Below, in pieces: positions 24,008 through 48,662 of a stretch of DNA of 64,000 bases (within the stretch, counting starts at the first letter, position 1; every line of letters begins with the position of its first letter). The stretch comes from Amoebidium appalachense (Eukaryota > Protista > Ichthyosporea), in the NCBI GenBank assembly GCA_963693365.1, contig CAVNZM010000011.1, positions 7,677,937 to 7,741,936 of the forward strand, in the 5' to 3' direction. A model generated the notes under the pieces. The model was not told the DNA's origin. It was given only the letters and a program-made list of their open reading frames with translations, and did no database searches. The position numbers and the translations under genes were made by a program.

Positions 24008-26210
24008 ATGGCACAGGTTCCAGCTGCACTTAGCTTCGTCCGCCCATGGGTGGGCAACCAGAGAATTTTGTACAACAAGGCGGCTATTGCGCTGGAGCAG
24101 AAAATGCCTCTGTTTGCTACAATTAACAATGGTGGGTGGTGATGTTTGTTGGATGATGTTGTTGGGAGTTGCCTAGTTCGTGTGACGTAAATTTCTGGGC
24201 ATACTGTTCAGCAATGTCGAAACTAATGTTTTATTTACCTACCTCCTCCTTCTCTTTGCTCTCTCTCTCCTTCCCCCTATACCCCTCCACCCCTCACTTC
24301 CCCCTCTCCTTTCTATAACACCTCCCCCAAACACGTACCCATCCGGCACTTACACCACCCTGTTTGCCCTTCTCAGCCTGTTTTCAGTTTTTTCCTACGC
24401 ATTTATGATTCCTTTGGAAAGCACAAACAAGATGCCCTCCTGCGCACACGCATGTATGTGCTACAGTGCAGACATGCATTTCATGGCCACACTTGCACTC
24501 AAACGCGATCTATCACCCACTTGTCCGCCCCCTCCCGTCTCTTTTCTACGCCGTGCTTCTTTTCATGCTTCCTCTCTTCGCCCTCCCCCTCCCCTTTTCG
24601 CACGCTCTCTCCCCAGCCTTCTAAGTTGGCACAACATTTGCACCTGTGATCTCTTGCACACACCGGCACGACCACAACACACCCACACCTCGTAAACATG
24701 CACTCACAAAAGCACACAGACACACGAATGTGTGCAGAAACACGAATACATCCATACCCTCACACTCAATCTCAATAGTAGAGTTGCATACACATGCAAA
24801 CTGCCTGTATGCACACACATACACTAGACTTCACACGCACACATGCACGCATACAGGCACGTACATATTAGTGTACCCGCACACGTTAGCTTTCATGCAC
24901 ACACACGCACACATGCACAAAATTATTAACAACACTTGGGCGCACTCGCACAAGCCTACAATTACGCACAAGCAAATTACACAGGTGCTTGCCCGTGTGC
25001 ACATACAAACCCCACACTCTTAATGTACACAAGCGGACATGCGCAAAACAGTACACCCAGACACACTTGGCCACGCACCGCCCACTCGCACACGCAGACA
25101 CACACTTTGCAACTTCTTACCCCGAGTGCACGTGCACGCACACACACACAAACACACGAACACACCCCCTGGCAAGCTCAAAACTCACGCTCCCTCCTCC
25201 CTTTTCCACAGTGACCATCACGGCACCGGTAAGTCTTTACTCCCCCAAGAGGCTCCCTGCGCCTTCTTTGCTATGCAGGGAGCTGCAATGTGTTTACGGG
25301 GGGAGTCTTGTGCTTGTTCCACGTCGCCATTCCGTGTTGTGAGACTTGGGTGGGTGGGGTTTAAATGTAACTGTGCACATTGCTTGCCAGTGGGAAGACA
25401 GTGGATTTTTTTGTGCCGTGGCTGTTGCATTTCAGGGGGAGTTACTGCGTTCTGTTTGTAGGTAAGCACAGGCAAGAGTATGGTGCACCCTAGTGACAGG
25501 CCGTCACGAGCACATCCGTCTGTCTTGAATCATGGCCGTGGATACGGTCACTATTGTCCCCCTGCCCCCCCCCCCCCCCCCCCCCCCCCTCCCCCCACGA
25601 AGGATGTGGTCACCTCCATTTCCTACCGTATTCCTGCCTTCCCCCCCCCCCCTTTCCCCCCCTGGCTTGGAGCATTTGCACCAATTCAATCGAATGGCTA
25701 ACGATTCTCCTCCCGTGCCCCTCAACGTTGCATCCACCGGCAGACCATGAAGTGGCGTAAGTCCATCTCTTCCCCCCCCCCCCCCCCCTCCCCCTCCCCC
25801 CCCCCCCCCCCCCCCCCCTCCCCCCCTCCCCCTCCTTGCCCAATCACCACCACCACCATACCTTCTTTCACTTAGTCGTCTCTTCCGACCTTTTGTACTG
25901 TGTAGAAAAGTTGGTCATACAGGTTTTTTCCCCACATCGAATGGCACACACCTGGACCACACATGCCCCATGTTTGCTTGTGTACTGCTCTAATCCCTTT
26001 TCATTGGCTCTCATTCCTCTTCCACTAGAAGAGACACACATCCTGAGGGGCTATGGGCAACGAACCATCTGCATATTAGCCTTACGTAAGTCTTGCACCA
26101 TACTTAAGTAAGGGCGCAGTGCTTGCCATCGTGCCGCTGACACAGGCCATCTCCGGCAACCCCCCCGTTGAAAAGCTGGACATCAAGCAGTCGGCATGTA
26201 CGTGTTCTGC

Positions 26211-26273
<63 letters not shown>

Positions 26274-26458
26274 TGTATGTGTGTGTGTGTGTGATGCATG
26301 TCAGTAGATTGGCATGTGTGTGATCTGCCCGTGTGTGTGTGTGTGTGTGTGCGTGTGTGTGTGTGCATGCCAGTAGATTGGCATGTATGTGATCTACCCA
26401 TGTGTGTGTGTGTGCGTGTGCGTGTGTATGTGCATGTCGATTGGCATGTGTTTCCTGC

Positions 26459-26497
<39 letters not shown>

Positions 26498-27090
26498 TGC
26501 ATTTATCATGGGCATCTATGCTTCCTGCCTGTGTGTGTGTGTGCTCTCGTGCGCGCGCACGTTTGTGTTTGTGTTTGTGTGTGTGTGTGTGTGTGTGCAT
26601 GCTGCATTGGTACCTGGATATAAATCTTCTACCCACATATCCTGGGCCCTTAGCCCACACTGTCGCCTCACCACCATTCACGTGCGTGACCGAGCATCTT
26701 TTCTAGAAGCACCCCTCACACTTTTTATGTCAAGATTTATCGATCCTAAGATTGTTAAATCCCATCCATTAGTCTACTGTATCTGGCCCTCTATGCACCA
26801 AATATATACCACCACAGGGGAAGTATACACAATATATTATCTTTCCAACCTCCACGAGAGGAAAGCAATAAATGAAACACCTCCTTCTTTTACCACCATA
26901 GCCCCACCAACTCACGCTACCCCCCCAGCGCTGACATTCACCGGTGCCGTGTGGGCCTGGTACTCTCTGCTGATCCAGCCCCAGAATGCCGGGTCACGTG
27001 CTCTGTGTGCCGTCAACGTGGCCCTGTTCCTCTCCAACGGTTACAACGTGTGGCGCAAGTGGACGTACGTGTAAAACAAAAAAAAGAAAA

Positions 27091-27124
<34 letters not shown>

Positions 27125-27396
27125 CGTTCATGCTGAATATGCACACACGTGCGCGCGCACACACGGACACACACAACACACACCACACATGCATGCATGC
27201 ACGTGCACACACAACACACACCACACATGCATGCATGCACGTGCACACACACATACCAAACAGACTCACTCGCACTTGCACATGTATGCGTGCACCTCTT
27301 GCATTGCTAGATTTAGATTGGTCAAGTGAAGGAAAGGGAAGGCATTTGTCCTGTATCTAAGTCCTATAGCTTTGATATTTTCGCCATACAACACAC

Positions 27397-27446
<50 letters not shown>

Positions 27447-27785
27447 AACACGGACATAGCTTTTATTTTTCTCTTAGGAGCTGTTGCAACCTGTGGAATG
27501 CTCAATACTAACGAAGTCTTACTGACAGTATTTAATTAGCTGTTAGTATCGTGGGCTCTAAGAGGATCTCTGCATATAGCCAAGTTTAACCTTCTTATTG
27601 GTAAAGAAATTAGCCAGGAGATAGTACTATCAAGGACAAACGGACTCGGACACCGAGCACCAAATGCACACAGACACGTGTGCATCACCCATACAACACT
27701 CAACTCTTACACATGGTTTCAATGCACACAGGCACATGCACGCAAGTACACATGCATGGAGCTCAGGTGTACACGTACACACACA

Positions 27786-27824
<39 letters not shown>

Positions 27825-28001
27825 CGCCTCATGCTCACAGACACACAGGTGGATGCACATGCACATACACACGTTCCAGTCAATACAGCTTATGCTCTTA
27901 TCTTTGATCCCCTTTACCACAACACCCCTTGCTGCCTAAACTTACAACTGGGGGGGTGCAGATACGACCAGGCTCAGAAGATCAAGGAAGCCGCTGCCTG
28001 A
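24008..28001 (+). CDS. Mitochondrial pyruvate carrier (MPC family) protein
   Basis: Exons 24008-24131, 25212-25228, 25744-25756, 26120-26197, 26929-27064, 27962-28001, all GT-AG and in phase: MAQVPAALS...VTITAPTMKWLLAIVPLTQAISGNPPVEKLDIKQSASLTFTGAVWAWYSLLIQPQN...LCAVNVALFLSNGYNVWRKWTYDQAQKIKEAAA*. This matches the MPC pattern APxxKW..PVEKL...QS..L..TG..W..YS..I.P.N..L..VN. Confidence 0.85.
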
Positions 28002-29267
28002 TTGGTTTCTTATCACACGCATAGCTGCATCATCAACGCACCAATAGGCAGTGCTCCAATCAAATGTGCCTCGAGGGTTCCATGCAGACAAGGTGTTTGT
28101 AGCGATGAAAGCATCAGCCTTGTGGCATCCAGCAAATTTCCAGCCAGATCCCGGGAGTGAATGGCCTGAAATTTGACACCGGGGGGGGGGGGGGTCTTTT
28201 AAAATGTCGGTGGGCAGCTGGCTGTCGCCGAAACTCTAGCAAATTGGGGGTTTGTGGCTCGCCGCTGGTATGGACCGAAATTATAAGCATACAATAAACA
28301 GGCATCAGCCTGGGCTCCTCTTTCATTTCCCAGCCCTTTTTCCTCCTTAATTCCCGGAGCCACGCGCAAGAGGCTAAAGAGTTGAAACCCATGCTTTTGT
28401 GGAGGCATAGCAACCCCCCTGATGATGAGCCCTGTTCTGCCTGCAAGCTTAAATTGTTTGGTTTTGGGTTTCCCACTTTTGTGACGTTTTGTTGTTGCTC
28501 TTTGTTGTCTCCTCCACATTTCCAACCCTCTAACGCATACATCCCCCCCCCCCCCCCTCCCCCCTTTGGCAATGCGCCTCCCCCCCGCGGCCACCCCCCT
28601 CAATGTAGCCTTGAAAAAGGCATTTGAGGCTTGCTCCCTTTGGAATCCTCACTTATATCCCCCCCATCCCCTTCCAACACACATGTATACGCACAAGTCA
28701 CGCACAATTACACGTCCCCTCAGGCTGTTCGAAGTTTGAAGCTTCCCCGGTTGGCACCCACCCACCCACCCACGGCCTACCCCCCACTTACTGAGCACCT
28801 AAAGCTGCAGCACTGAAGTCCCCACGCGGCACGTGCACGTAGAGATATACCTGTCTAGATTCATTTCCCACTCAGTCTGCCCGTCCGGACCAATTCTCAA
28901 TTTAACTTCCCCATCCCCCCCCCCCCCCCCCCCCCCCCTTTTTTTTTTCCCTTGAATGCACCTTATATCCCTTACTCCCCCTTCCCCCCCCCCCCCCCCC
29001 CCCCCTCCCCCCCCCTCTCGCGTGATCACAATGAAACTTCATTGAATTATAATTAGATATCTGCTTGAAAATTTGACAGGCCCGGGACTGCTCCACGTGC
29101 AGCCCACACGCCCCCCCCCCCCCCCCCCCTCCTCCTCCTCCTCTTGGCCAACGTAGCCGAAAAATGCCTCCTTCTTGCTCCTTTTTCGAAATTCCCCACC
29201 CGCCCCACATGTACATGGCTGGCATGCATGCAGTGCCATATCATAACTTGAATAGCTGCTGTTCCTG

Positions 29268-29392
29268 TACTCAGTTCCTAATTAACATGTGGTTGTGTTA
29301 GTAGACTCTATTTCAATATAACTTACTCAGTTCCTAACGAACATGTGGTTGTGTTAGTCTATTTCAATATAACTTGAATCTAGACTCAGTTC
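29268..29392. repeat. Short tandem duplication (~55-bp unit, 2+ copies)
   Basis: TACTCAGTTCCTAA..AACATGTGGTTGTGTTAGT..CTATTTCAATATAACT occurs twice, plus a partial third ACTCAGTTC. Confidence 0.75.
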
Positions 29393-30111
29393 TTGACCTT
29401 CATATATATATATATGTCTCTATTTCAATATTTGGTTTTGTCCCACTGTGCTTATCACCAAACACGGGCGGTCTTCCTCATATCTGCACAGCCTAAGCGC
29501 ACAGGAGTGTGTGGCCTGCCCACTGGTTTTTGCTGCACAACTAACCCTATACTATTAGGCGTGCAACCGTTATGATGGCATGCCGGATTGTGCAAATACT
29601 ATAAGTGCTTTTCACTGTGTGTCTGTGTAATATTAATCAATACTGTGTGTGTGTGACTATGTCATCATGCTTGTGTGTGTATGCATTTGCTCCAACGGTT
29701 CATGTATATGTGGTTAGCGCTGTGTTAGAGCAACATGTGTGTGTTTATGTATAAACTTGTGCAGGCGTGTGACACTGTCGGCTGGCTGCCAATTCATTTG
29801 TGTGCAAAGTGCCTCTGCGCAGAGGAATGGGCGCCACAAAAGCAATAGGAATCCACAACAGAAGTGTACAACAGAAGTGTGGAATGTGGCTTTTCCGGCA
29901 TGGGTGTACGTGAGGTACCCCCCCCCCCCCCCCCACACACACACACAAACACACACAACAAACAACAACAACATTGAACAACCACCCAAAAAAACAAAAA
30001 AACCACCACCACCACCCCGGGGAAAATGACACCGACCCCTGGTCACCTTGGTTTCAGCGGCGACAGGCAACCCGTTTTCTCCCCCTTGGTGATGGTGGTG
30101 GTTGTGGTGAT

Positions 30112-30267
<156 letters not shown>

Positions 30268-30736
30268 ACCATCGTGGGGCCTTGAAATCAAGATCATCTG
30301 CTCTTTCATGAGAATTGCCTCAGATACGACCGTTCGGTCAAGTAAAATGCAATCTTTAATGCATTTTGGTGACCTGCAGTATATTCTCAAACATGTACAC
30401 ACGTACATCGTGTATGTGGTTTCCTTTGCCACAAAACAATAAAACATCCTACGTGCCCAAACAGTTCACAAACAAAAACCAAACTAGTCCGAAAAAGCAA
30501 AAATGGCCCCCTCATGTATCAAACAACCGCGTGCACATAAGGCATACATGTGTATATTAAACCCATATAACGATATCCCACACACAGGTACATATGCACC
30601 CCTACACACGGACATGCATAATAAGTGGTTACAACAAAACCAAAAAGAAAAAATAAAAAAATAAATAAACAAACATAAACCTATATACCTGCTACGTAGG
30701 CCTGGCACGTATATACGGGGGTAGCTATTCACAAAA

Positions 30737-35700
<4,964 letters not shown>

Positions 35701-36884
35701 GATGGCGTTTTAGGCCAAGCTGCCAAAAAAAAAAAAAAAGATGTAGTGCAAAACACTGCCTTTGGAGGTAAAAATAAAAACGCCGTGTGCTGTGTCAAAG
35801 GAAGTTGGCTCTGTCTACGCGTTAGGCAGAGACTGGATGAAGAGCGTCTATGGCAACGGCTAAAGGCAATCAGCTATGTCACATTCTAATTGGTTTACAA
35901 ACAGTTTACAAATTTTAATGAAAAATTGTATAGAAACTATAAAAATATAGTACTGCATTGATCACGGTTAAATTTAGGCCATCTAGTTCTCAGGTATTTC
36001 ATGTTTTACCACCTGCCTTTGCCCGACGGCGACAGTCCGACAGGGGCCGAAGCCTTTGGTCTTTGACTACCTGATCATGCTGTTTGCTTGAACTTTGCTG
36101 ATTTTCCATAGGTCCTCTGCTCGATTGTGTACTTGCCGAGTTTATTGTAGCTTACTTAGGTGCCTGTATATGGCCTTATATTCATCAGCTGCAGATCTAA
36201 CCTATAGTTTCGTCAAAAATACACGGAGAGTGCTACATGTAGAACTGGATGTAGAAGCAAATACGAGACGTGCTGCATGTTATGGTGAGACATGCCACAG
36301 TGAAAGAGGGATATAGGTGTGCTTTTAGTTACAAGGTTCAATTTTTATATGCACCCCTGTCCTGCACAGCAGGCAGCATTGTTCAGGATCTTTAATCAGT
36401 TGACTGAATATGCGTAATTTACTTCGTCTGAGATTCTGGTGGCAATTGCCGATGTGTCCTTCGCAGCCTTCAAATTATCATCTATTATATATAATCCGGC
36501 CCCCCGCGTGGATAATTGTTTGCCCTTTAAGTAAACTGCCAAAGATTACTTCCTTGCCAAGGGTTATCCAGCTCACAAGCGTACGACTAACCTTGTCCAT
36601 CCGTGTGCGGGCCCATAAAAGGTCAATCTCCATGCACATGCTGTTGACAAAGTACATTAAGTGGTAGACAGAAATAAAGTGCATTTCGTGTGTTTGGTCT
36701 TTCGCTATAAAAAAAATCTCACAAATGCCTAGTCATACATGCGGAAAAAGGCGATTCTGCCATTCACCTTCCATATTATGGCACTTTCACCGTGGTTGGT
36801 TTCTGAAGCGACAGTCGATTATGGTAGATGTGGACGTGTGTTTACTCTTCGTCAACCGGGGCACCCGCAAAGTGAAGGAACACC

Positions 36885-36915
<31 letters not shown>

Positions 36916-36978
36916 GTGTGTATGTGGGGGGGGGGGGGGGGGGGGGGGAGGGGAAGGGGGGGGGGGGGGAGGGGAGAA

Positions 36979-37015
<37 letters not shown>

Positions 37016-37196
37016 GTGTGTGTATGTGTATACTTGTACAAACGTTTTTTTTTTTTTTTTTGTCCGGGGGGGGGGGGGGGGGGGGGGGGGGAGGGGGGTT
37101 AGAATGCCTTGCAGAGTGCAAAGTGCATATGGGTGGCAGGCAGCAATCATGTATTGGGTTGGAGGTGAGTTTGTGTACATGTGTGCGGTCTGTGTG

Positions 37197-37240
<44 letters not shown>

Positions 37241-38824
37241 TTTTTTTTTGGGTGGGTGGGTGGCGTGCGCGCGTGTTTTTGTTTGTTGTTGTTGGGGGGG
37301 GGGGGGGGGGGGGGGGAGGGGGGGGGGGGGGGGAGGATGGCTGGGGGAAGGGGGTGAGGGGCATTGATCAAAATATCAATGATGTGCCTAAATATAAAAT
37401 GAACAAAAGCATGGGGGGGTTTTCTGGAACACAAATGGGGGACTGTAACTACACCCTGTTCATCTTTGATTTTTTCCAGGCCAACGCCGTGATTGTACCC
37501 AAGAATTTGCGTGGTTTGTGCCATCTTCTACTTCCCGTGCCTATGTTGTGCGTTCAGACGCTTGGGCTAGTTATAAGATAAGCGCTACACCGTACGTACA
37601 GGTATGCACATGCACGCGAACAAGGACAATGTCGCCGCAAGTGTGAGCCTAGGTCCTTGCTTTATCGGTTATATAGAAAGCATGCCGACCAAGGTGGTGT
37701 ATTTTGTAGTGTATCCACTGTATTTTCGTATACTTATGTTGTGTGTCGGTGTGTGTAACAAGAGCAGACCGTGTAAAACCAGCTATGCGATAAGGTGCCA
37801 AGCCAACAGTAGTTACACCAAAGAGGGGTGAGGCCTGGGGAGGCCGTCACCACACCCCCCTATCTACTGTGTGGTCTAGAATGGATCTAGTGGGCTAGCG
37901 CTAAAGTCCCTGCCCCAGGCGTCCTTATAGCTAAGCGTGCTGGTGTTGCCGGTGTATGGCGTGTGTGCTAACCCCCTAAGCACAGACGAGAAACTTTACG
38001 GGAACTGCTGTACACTGCAAAGAGGTTTTGTGTGTGTGGTGTGGTGAGTTCGGGCTACAGTTTTTTTCAATAGCTTGCTATCAGGACAAGATCTATTCCT
38101 ATTGGTCGAAAGTTAAATGTGGATATATGGGTGTATTTCTGATATCTCATTGGTGACTCTATGCATTTATCCAATCCGATAATAGCAATTGTTCAACCGT
38201 GTTCATCTATGGTACGTGGGTTCATTTTACATTAGGAGCTATCTAATAACGTAAACATAAACAAATAATAAATTATAAAAATACTTTTGAACCAGAAAAC
38301 GAACTAGTTTAGAGATGAATCAACATTTTACATGCAACCAAAATTCAAAATATATCTACCAGTCAGAATTTTGAGATACGTACATGAGTCTCATGAGTCT
38401 CTAGATATCGATGGCCGTGGTACATATCCTTTCCCACAGATCTATGGTCTAGAGATTGATCTATTTCCGATATACGGGTGTCTGCGTGTATACGTGTGTG
38501 CAGGTGTTTGTGTGCATGGTGTGTGTATGTTGTATGTGATTGTGGGTGTGTTTGTATACGTGTTTGTGTGTGTGTGTGTTATGCAGATGTGGTCACCCCG
38601 GGTTGTTGGGTTTAGTTGGGTTGGGGGGGGGGGGGGGGGGGGGGGGGGAGAGGGCCGGGGGAAGGGAAGAAGGGGAGAGAAGAGGAGAGAAAGAGGGATG
38701 GGGGATGAGAGGGGGGGGGGGAAGGACGGGGAATGGAGGGGAAGGGGGTTGTTTATATCTTAGCTATCACTAACCATATCGAGGTCCTAAGGGGGGGGGG
38801 GGGGGGAAGGGGGAGGGGGAGGGG

Positions 38825-38946
38825 GCGGTTAGTATAAGTTAAGTTTTAGTGTGGTGTTAGTGGGGGTGGGTGAGTGGGGTTCCGAAGGGATCTGTGAGTC
38901 GGTGTGTGCTTGTGTACGTGTGTGCGCGTGTTGGTGTGCGCGTGTG

Positions 38947-39037
<91 letters not shown>

Positions 39038-40220
39038 GTGGATGTGCGTGTATGTGTGTATGTATGTATGTGTGTGTGTGGATGTGTACGTGTGTTGGAG
39101 GGGAACTCTGTGGGGCACCCGGTCAGTTGTGTTAGTGGTTAGTGGTTAGTAAGGGGGTGTTACTAATAGGTTGAGCAGGGTTGAATCTCAGAGAGTGCAT
39201 TTAGGCAGCAGTTGAAGAGGTCTTGTGGGAGTCGGTGTTGGAGAGGTAGGAATGCGGATGTGATAGTGTGCCATGGGTATTTTAGGGATTGGAATTCGAG
39301 AACCTGGATCAGGAGTTGGGGAAGGAAGAGGAAAGGGATGGAGGTGTTTGCCCATGCTCGAATGTATGCTCCCGTGACTGTCGCTTTTTTCGCTTGTTTT
39401 GATTGGTACGAGTGCCAGTGTTTAAAACGTATGATCTTCTGTGGTTCCCCAGCTAGGATTTGATCTACGTTTTTGTTGTGGTAGGTGCAAATGAGTCCGT
39501 ACGGTGTGCATTCCAAGTCCACTTCGAGCATCTTGTATGAATTCGCTTCGGGTTCGCTCTCAAGTGTGAGGTCAGGGGGGTAGCACTCATTATAGAACAT
39601 ACGTTTCAGGGGGCGTACCAAATCCGCGTGGTCGGTGATGGTGTCGGGAGTGAAGAACGCAATGTATGCATCATCCATGTATCGTGCCCCTACCGCTACT
39701 ATCCTGAGGAAAGTGATGTGGGTGCGTAGGCTTTTTATCAATGCATTTTCCCCGTGCGAGCATACTATGATAGCATTGGGTGCACTGGTGGGGGAACCCA
39801 TAGGGATGCCGACAAACTGCTTTACGCGGATCTGTGCTACACCTACCAGGAAGTAGGCATTTTCTAAGTCGAAGCGCACAATATCCCGGATCTGCACTAG
39901 GCTTAAGCGAATGTACTGCTTGTTTGGGTGGGGGCCTACCTTGCCGTCAGCTTTTCTACCGATTGATACCGACACATGCGTTATGAGAGAACTTTTGTGC
40001 TGCTATGTCTAGTAACCACTCGATTGCAGCTAGGATGTCGCTGTGTTTTAAGTTGGTGAACATATTTTTCACGTCGACTGCTACTTGTGTGCATTTGACG
40101 GTTTCACCCGGGAACTGTTTGGAGAGGAGGTTGTTCGTCATGTGCACGAAGTCCCTAATATCATGCGTGCGGTTAATGGTGAAGGATTCGAGGGAGCGTG
40201 AGCGCCGCAAAATTCCTTTT
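38825..40220 (-). mobile_element. 5'-truncated, frameshifted Penelope-like element (PLE) reverse transcriptase; no C-terminal GIY-YIG
   Basis: ORFs 40210-39956 and 39975-39163 (one frameshift) give VDVKNMFTNLKH (motif A), QFVGIPMGSPTS (motif B), RYMDDA (motif C), and PLE-type thumb YHNKN...HWHSYQSKQAKKATVTGAYIRA...LKYP, then stop. The putative 3' UTR ends ...CTTATACTAACCG followed by a C-rich run. Confidence 0.85.
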
Positions 40221-40447
40221 TCATGATCGCGGTGCCACTCCTACCTGCCCATTCCTATTCAGTATTCGCGCCCCATCACTGTAACCGTTCACGTGTTCGA
40301 CCTCCGGTCATGATCATGTTATCAACACTGAACCGTGCCGGGGCAACTCCTTCCTACCCCCCCCCCCCCCCCCCCCTCCCTTTCTCAGGGCCCCGTCCGC
40401 CGTACTACATGTCTATGTCTGTGTGCATGCACGTGTACAATGTGTAT

Positions 40448-40480
<33 letters not shown>

Positions 40481-40516
40481 TTTTTTTTTTTTTTTTTTTT
40501 TGACAAAGCCTGACGA

Positions 40517-40552
<36 letters not shown>

Positions 40553-40951
40553 AGGGGGGGGGGGGGGGGGGGACTCGGGGGGTATCATAGCCACGAATGC
40601 TTGTGTACGGTGCACGTGAACATGTACATATTGACATTGTGCGCTGTGACCTTGGCGTGTGTCCTCTGACAACCCTATGACGTGGTGCGTATAAGTGTGT
40701 GCCTGTGCCGCGAGGCGCTCTGTGCGGTCATACTGTGCGCGCACCACCGTGAGATCCAATGTCAAGAGCCAGGGGGAAATTTTGGCGCCAAAATTTTTAT
40801 CATATTACATTCCTCAGTAATAAGAAAATTTTAAGTTTTCAGCATCCGTGATCGACTGACTGGCTGTCACCCCCAAGTTGTTCATGATCGCTTTCACCCT
40901 TCCTGCACCTATAGCTGTCACGTATATACACACAAAGAAGATAGAGTCAAA

Positions 40952-46739
<5,788 letters not shown>

Positions 46740-47262
46740 ACACCTTTTAAATTAAAAAAATTAAGTTATAGTAGGCGTACAATTTCATGTTAAATATCAC
46801 ATGATGGTGAATAAGATTATACCTGTTAAGGTTTGTGTTTTCTTTTAATCGCAGAGCTCTGCAAATCTTGCAGACCTGTGTTTGCTTGTGATGTCTGTAG
46901 GTTTCTAATCATGATGACGGTAGACCCCTTCATGATCTCTCTCTCAGACTCATGCAACTATTATTATTGTTCAGTGATTACTATAAAGATAATCCTTAAT
47001 GTTGCTTTTGTTGATGTTTGTCATCAAAGAAAATGTTGTTGGAGGCATTTCTTGTGTAATGTACACACGAAGCATATATGCAGAGGGCTTATAATTTGTA
47101 GTTTGGTGAGTGAGTAGTGATTGTGTTTCCTGCCTTGTATCCTCCCCTCCTTCTGTTTTGATTTTTCTTCTTTCTTCTTTCTTGTTTTTTCTTTTTCATT
47201 TTTCATTTTTTCCCTTTTCTTTTATTTTCTTTTCTTTTTTTCCTTTTTTTTTGGGAGGGGAG

Positions 47263-47306
<44 letters not shown>

Positions 47307-47612
47307 AGGCGATGGTTCTAGGTTGATGTCAAAATTAATCCAGCAACTATATACAACCATTATCTCAATTATATGGGACTTAGGGACATTGACGGTGCCA
47401 CAAAACACTGACCACCGAATCTATAAACGTTCGGGATTTAACATGGTTAGCTGTGCAGAGGCCGAAAGAACACCAAGATTGTGTATGTACTCGTAACGTC
47501 TGTGCTTGTACATATTATCAGTACGTAGGCCTCTTTATTTCTTCTAGAATGTATAAGCCGGTAAAGGTGTGCCTTGGCTAATAATGTAACATAGCCCCCT
47601 CCCCCCCCCCAA

Positions 47613-47659
<47 letters not shown>

Positions 47660-48090
47660 CGAGAGAGAGGGGGGGAGCAGGGAGGAAGGAGGGAGGGGAG
47701 AGAGAGAGAGAGAGAGAGAGGAGGAAGGAAGGAGTGTTATGTAAAGTGCTGTTTCTACTGCAGCCGAAATTTCTGGTTCATACATACTATAATGGTAGTG
47801 GCCACAGCACATACTCGTGACTCTAGACCCTCCCCCCCTTCCCCCCGCCCCCACCCCCCGCAACCCATACCTCAAAATCCAAAACCCGAATATCCTCAAC
47901 CGGTAACCTCACTGCCCCACCCAAATACGAAGCAGAAAGAAAGAAACGCACTGGCAACCGTGTGCATATGTAATAGGAATCATTACAATTATTTTTGTCA
48001 TCTCTGCTCACTGTCCACTGGTACATCCCACGAGAAAAGAGAACAAGCTAGATAAAACCGAAACAGATAGCTAGCTAGACTGTCACGTAC

Positions 48091-48153
48091 CTTTTGAAGC
48101 CACGGGACAAACTCATGTACTTGACGGGCAGCCGTGACGGTGGCCTCCAGGGC
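48091..48153 (-). CDS. Isolated candidate exon of an unidentified gene
   Basis: (CA)n-CAG|GCC...AAG|GTACGT; 63 nt, phase 0/0, ALEATVTAARQVHEFVPWLQK; same splice architecture as confirmed exons. No family recognised. Confidence 0.35.
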
Positions 48154-48358
48154 CTGTGTGTGTATGTGTGTGTGTGTGTGTTTGTTCATGAGTGTGTGTG
48201 TGTGTCTGTGCGTGTACGTGTGTGGGTGTGTGTGCGTGCATGTGTGTTGTGTGCGTGTGTGCGCGCGTGTGCGTGCGCGCGCGCGCGTGTGTGTGTGTGC
48301 ACCTATGTGTGTTTATGTGTGTATTCGTGCATGCATGTGTGCGCGTGTGCATGCGTGC

Positions 48359-48390
<32 letters not shown>

Positions 48391-48466
48391 GTTTGCGTGC
48401 GCGCGTGCGTGCGCGCGCGTCGCGCGCGTGTGTGCGCGTGCGTGCGTGCGTGCGTGCGTGCGTGCA

Positions 48467-48507
<41 letters not shown>

Positions 48508-48602
48508 GTTTGTGCTTGTGTGCGTGCGTGTGCGCCGAGCGGTGTGTGTATGCGTGTGTGCTTGTGCAACCATCGAGCATGCGACCAACTGTCGAGAAGG
48601 GG

Positions 48603-48662
<60 letters not shown>

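Noticed and set aside
27065-27074. MPC ending at TAA 27074 as in the ORF track
   Set aside because: A donor at 27065 and an in-phase terminal exon at 27962-28001 give a better model; retention of this intron is not excluded.
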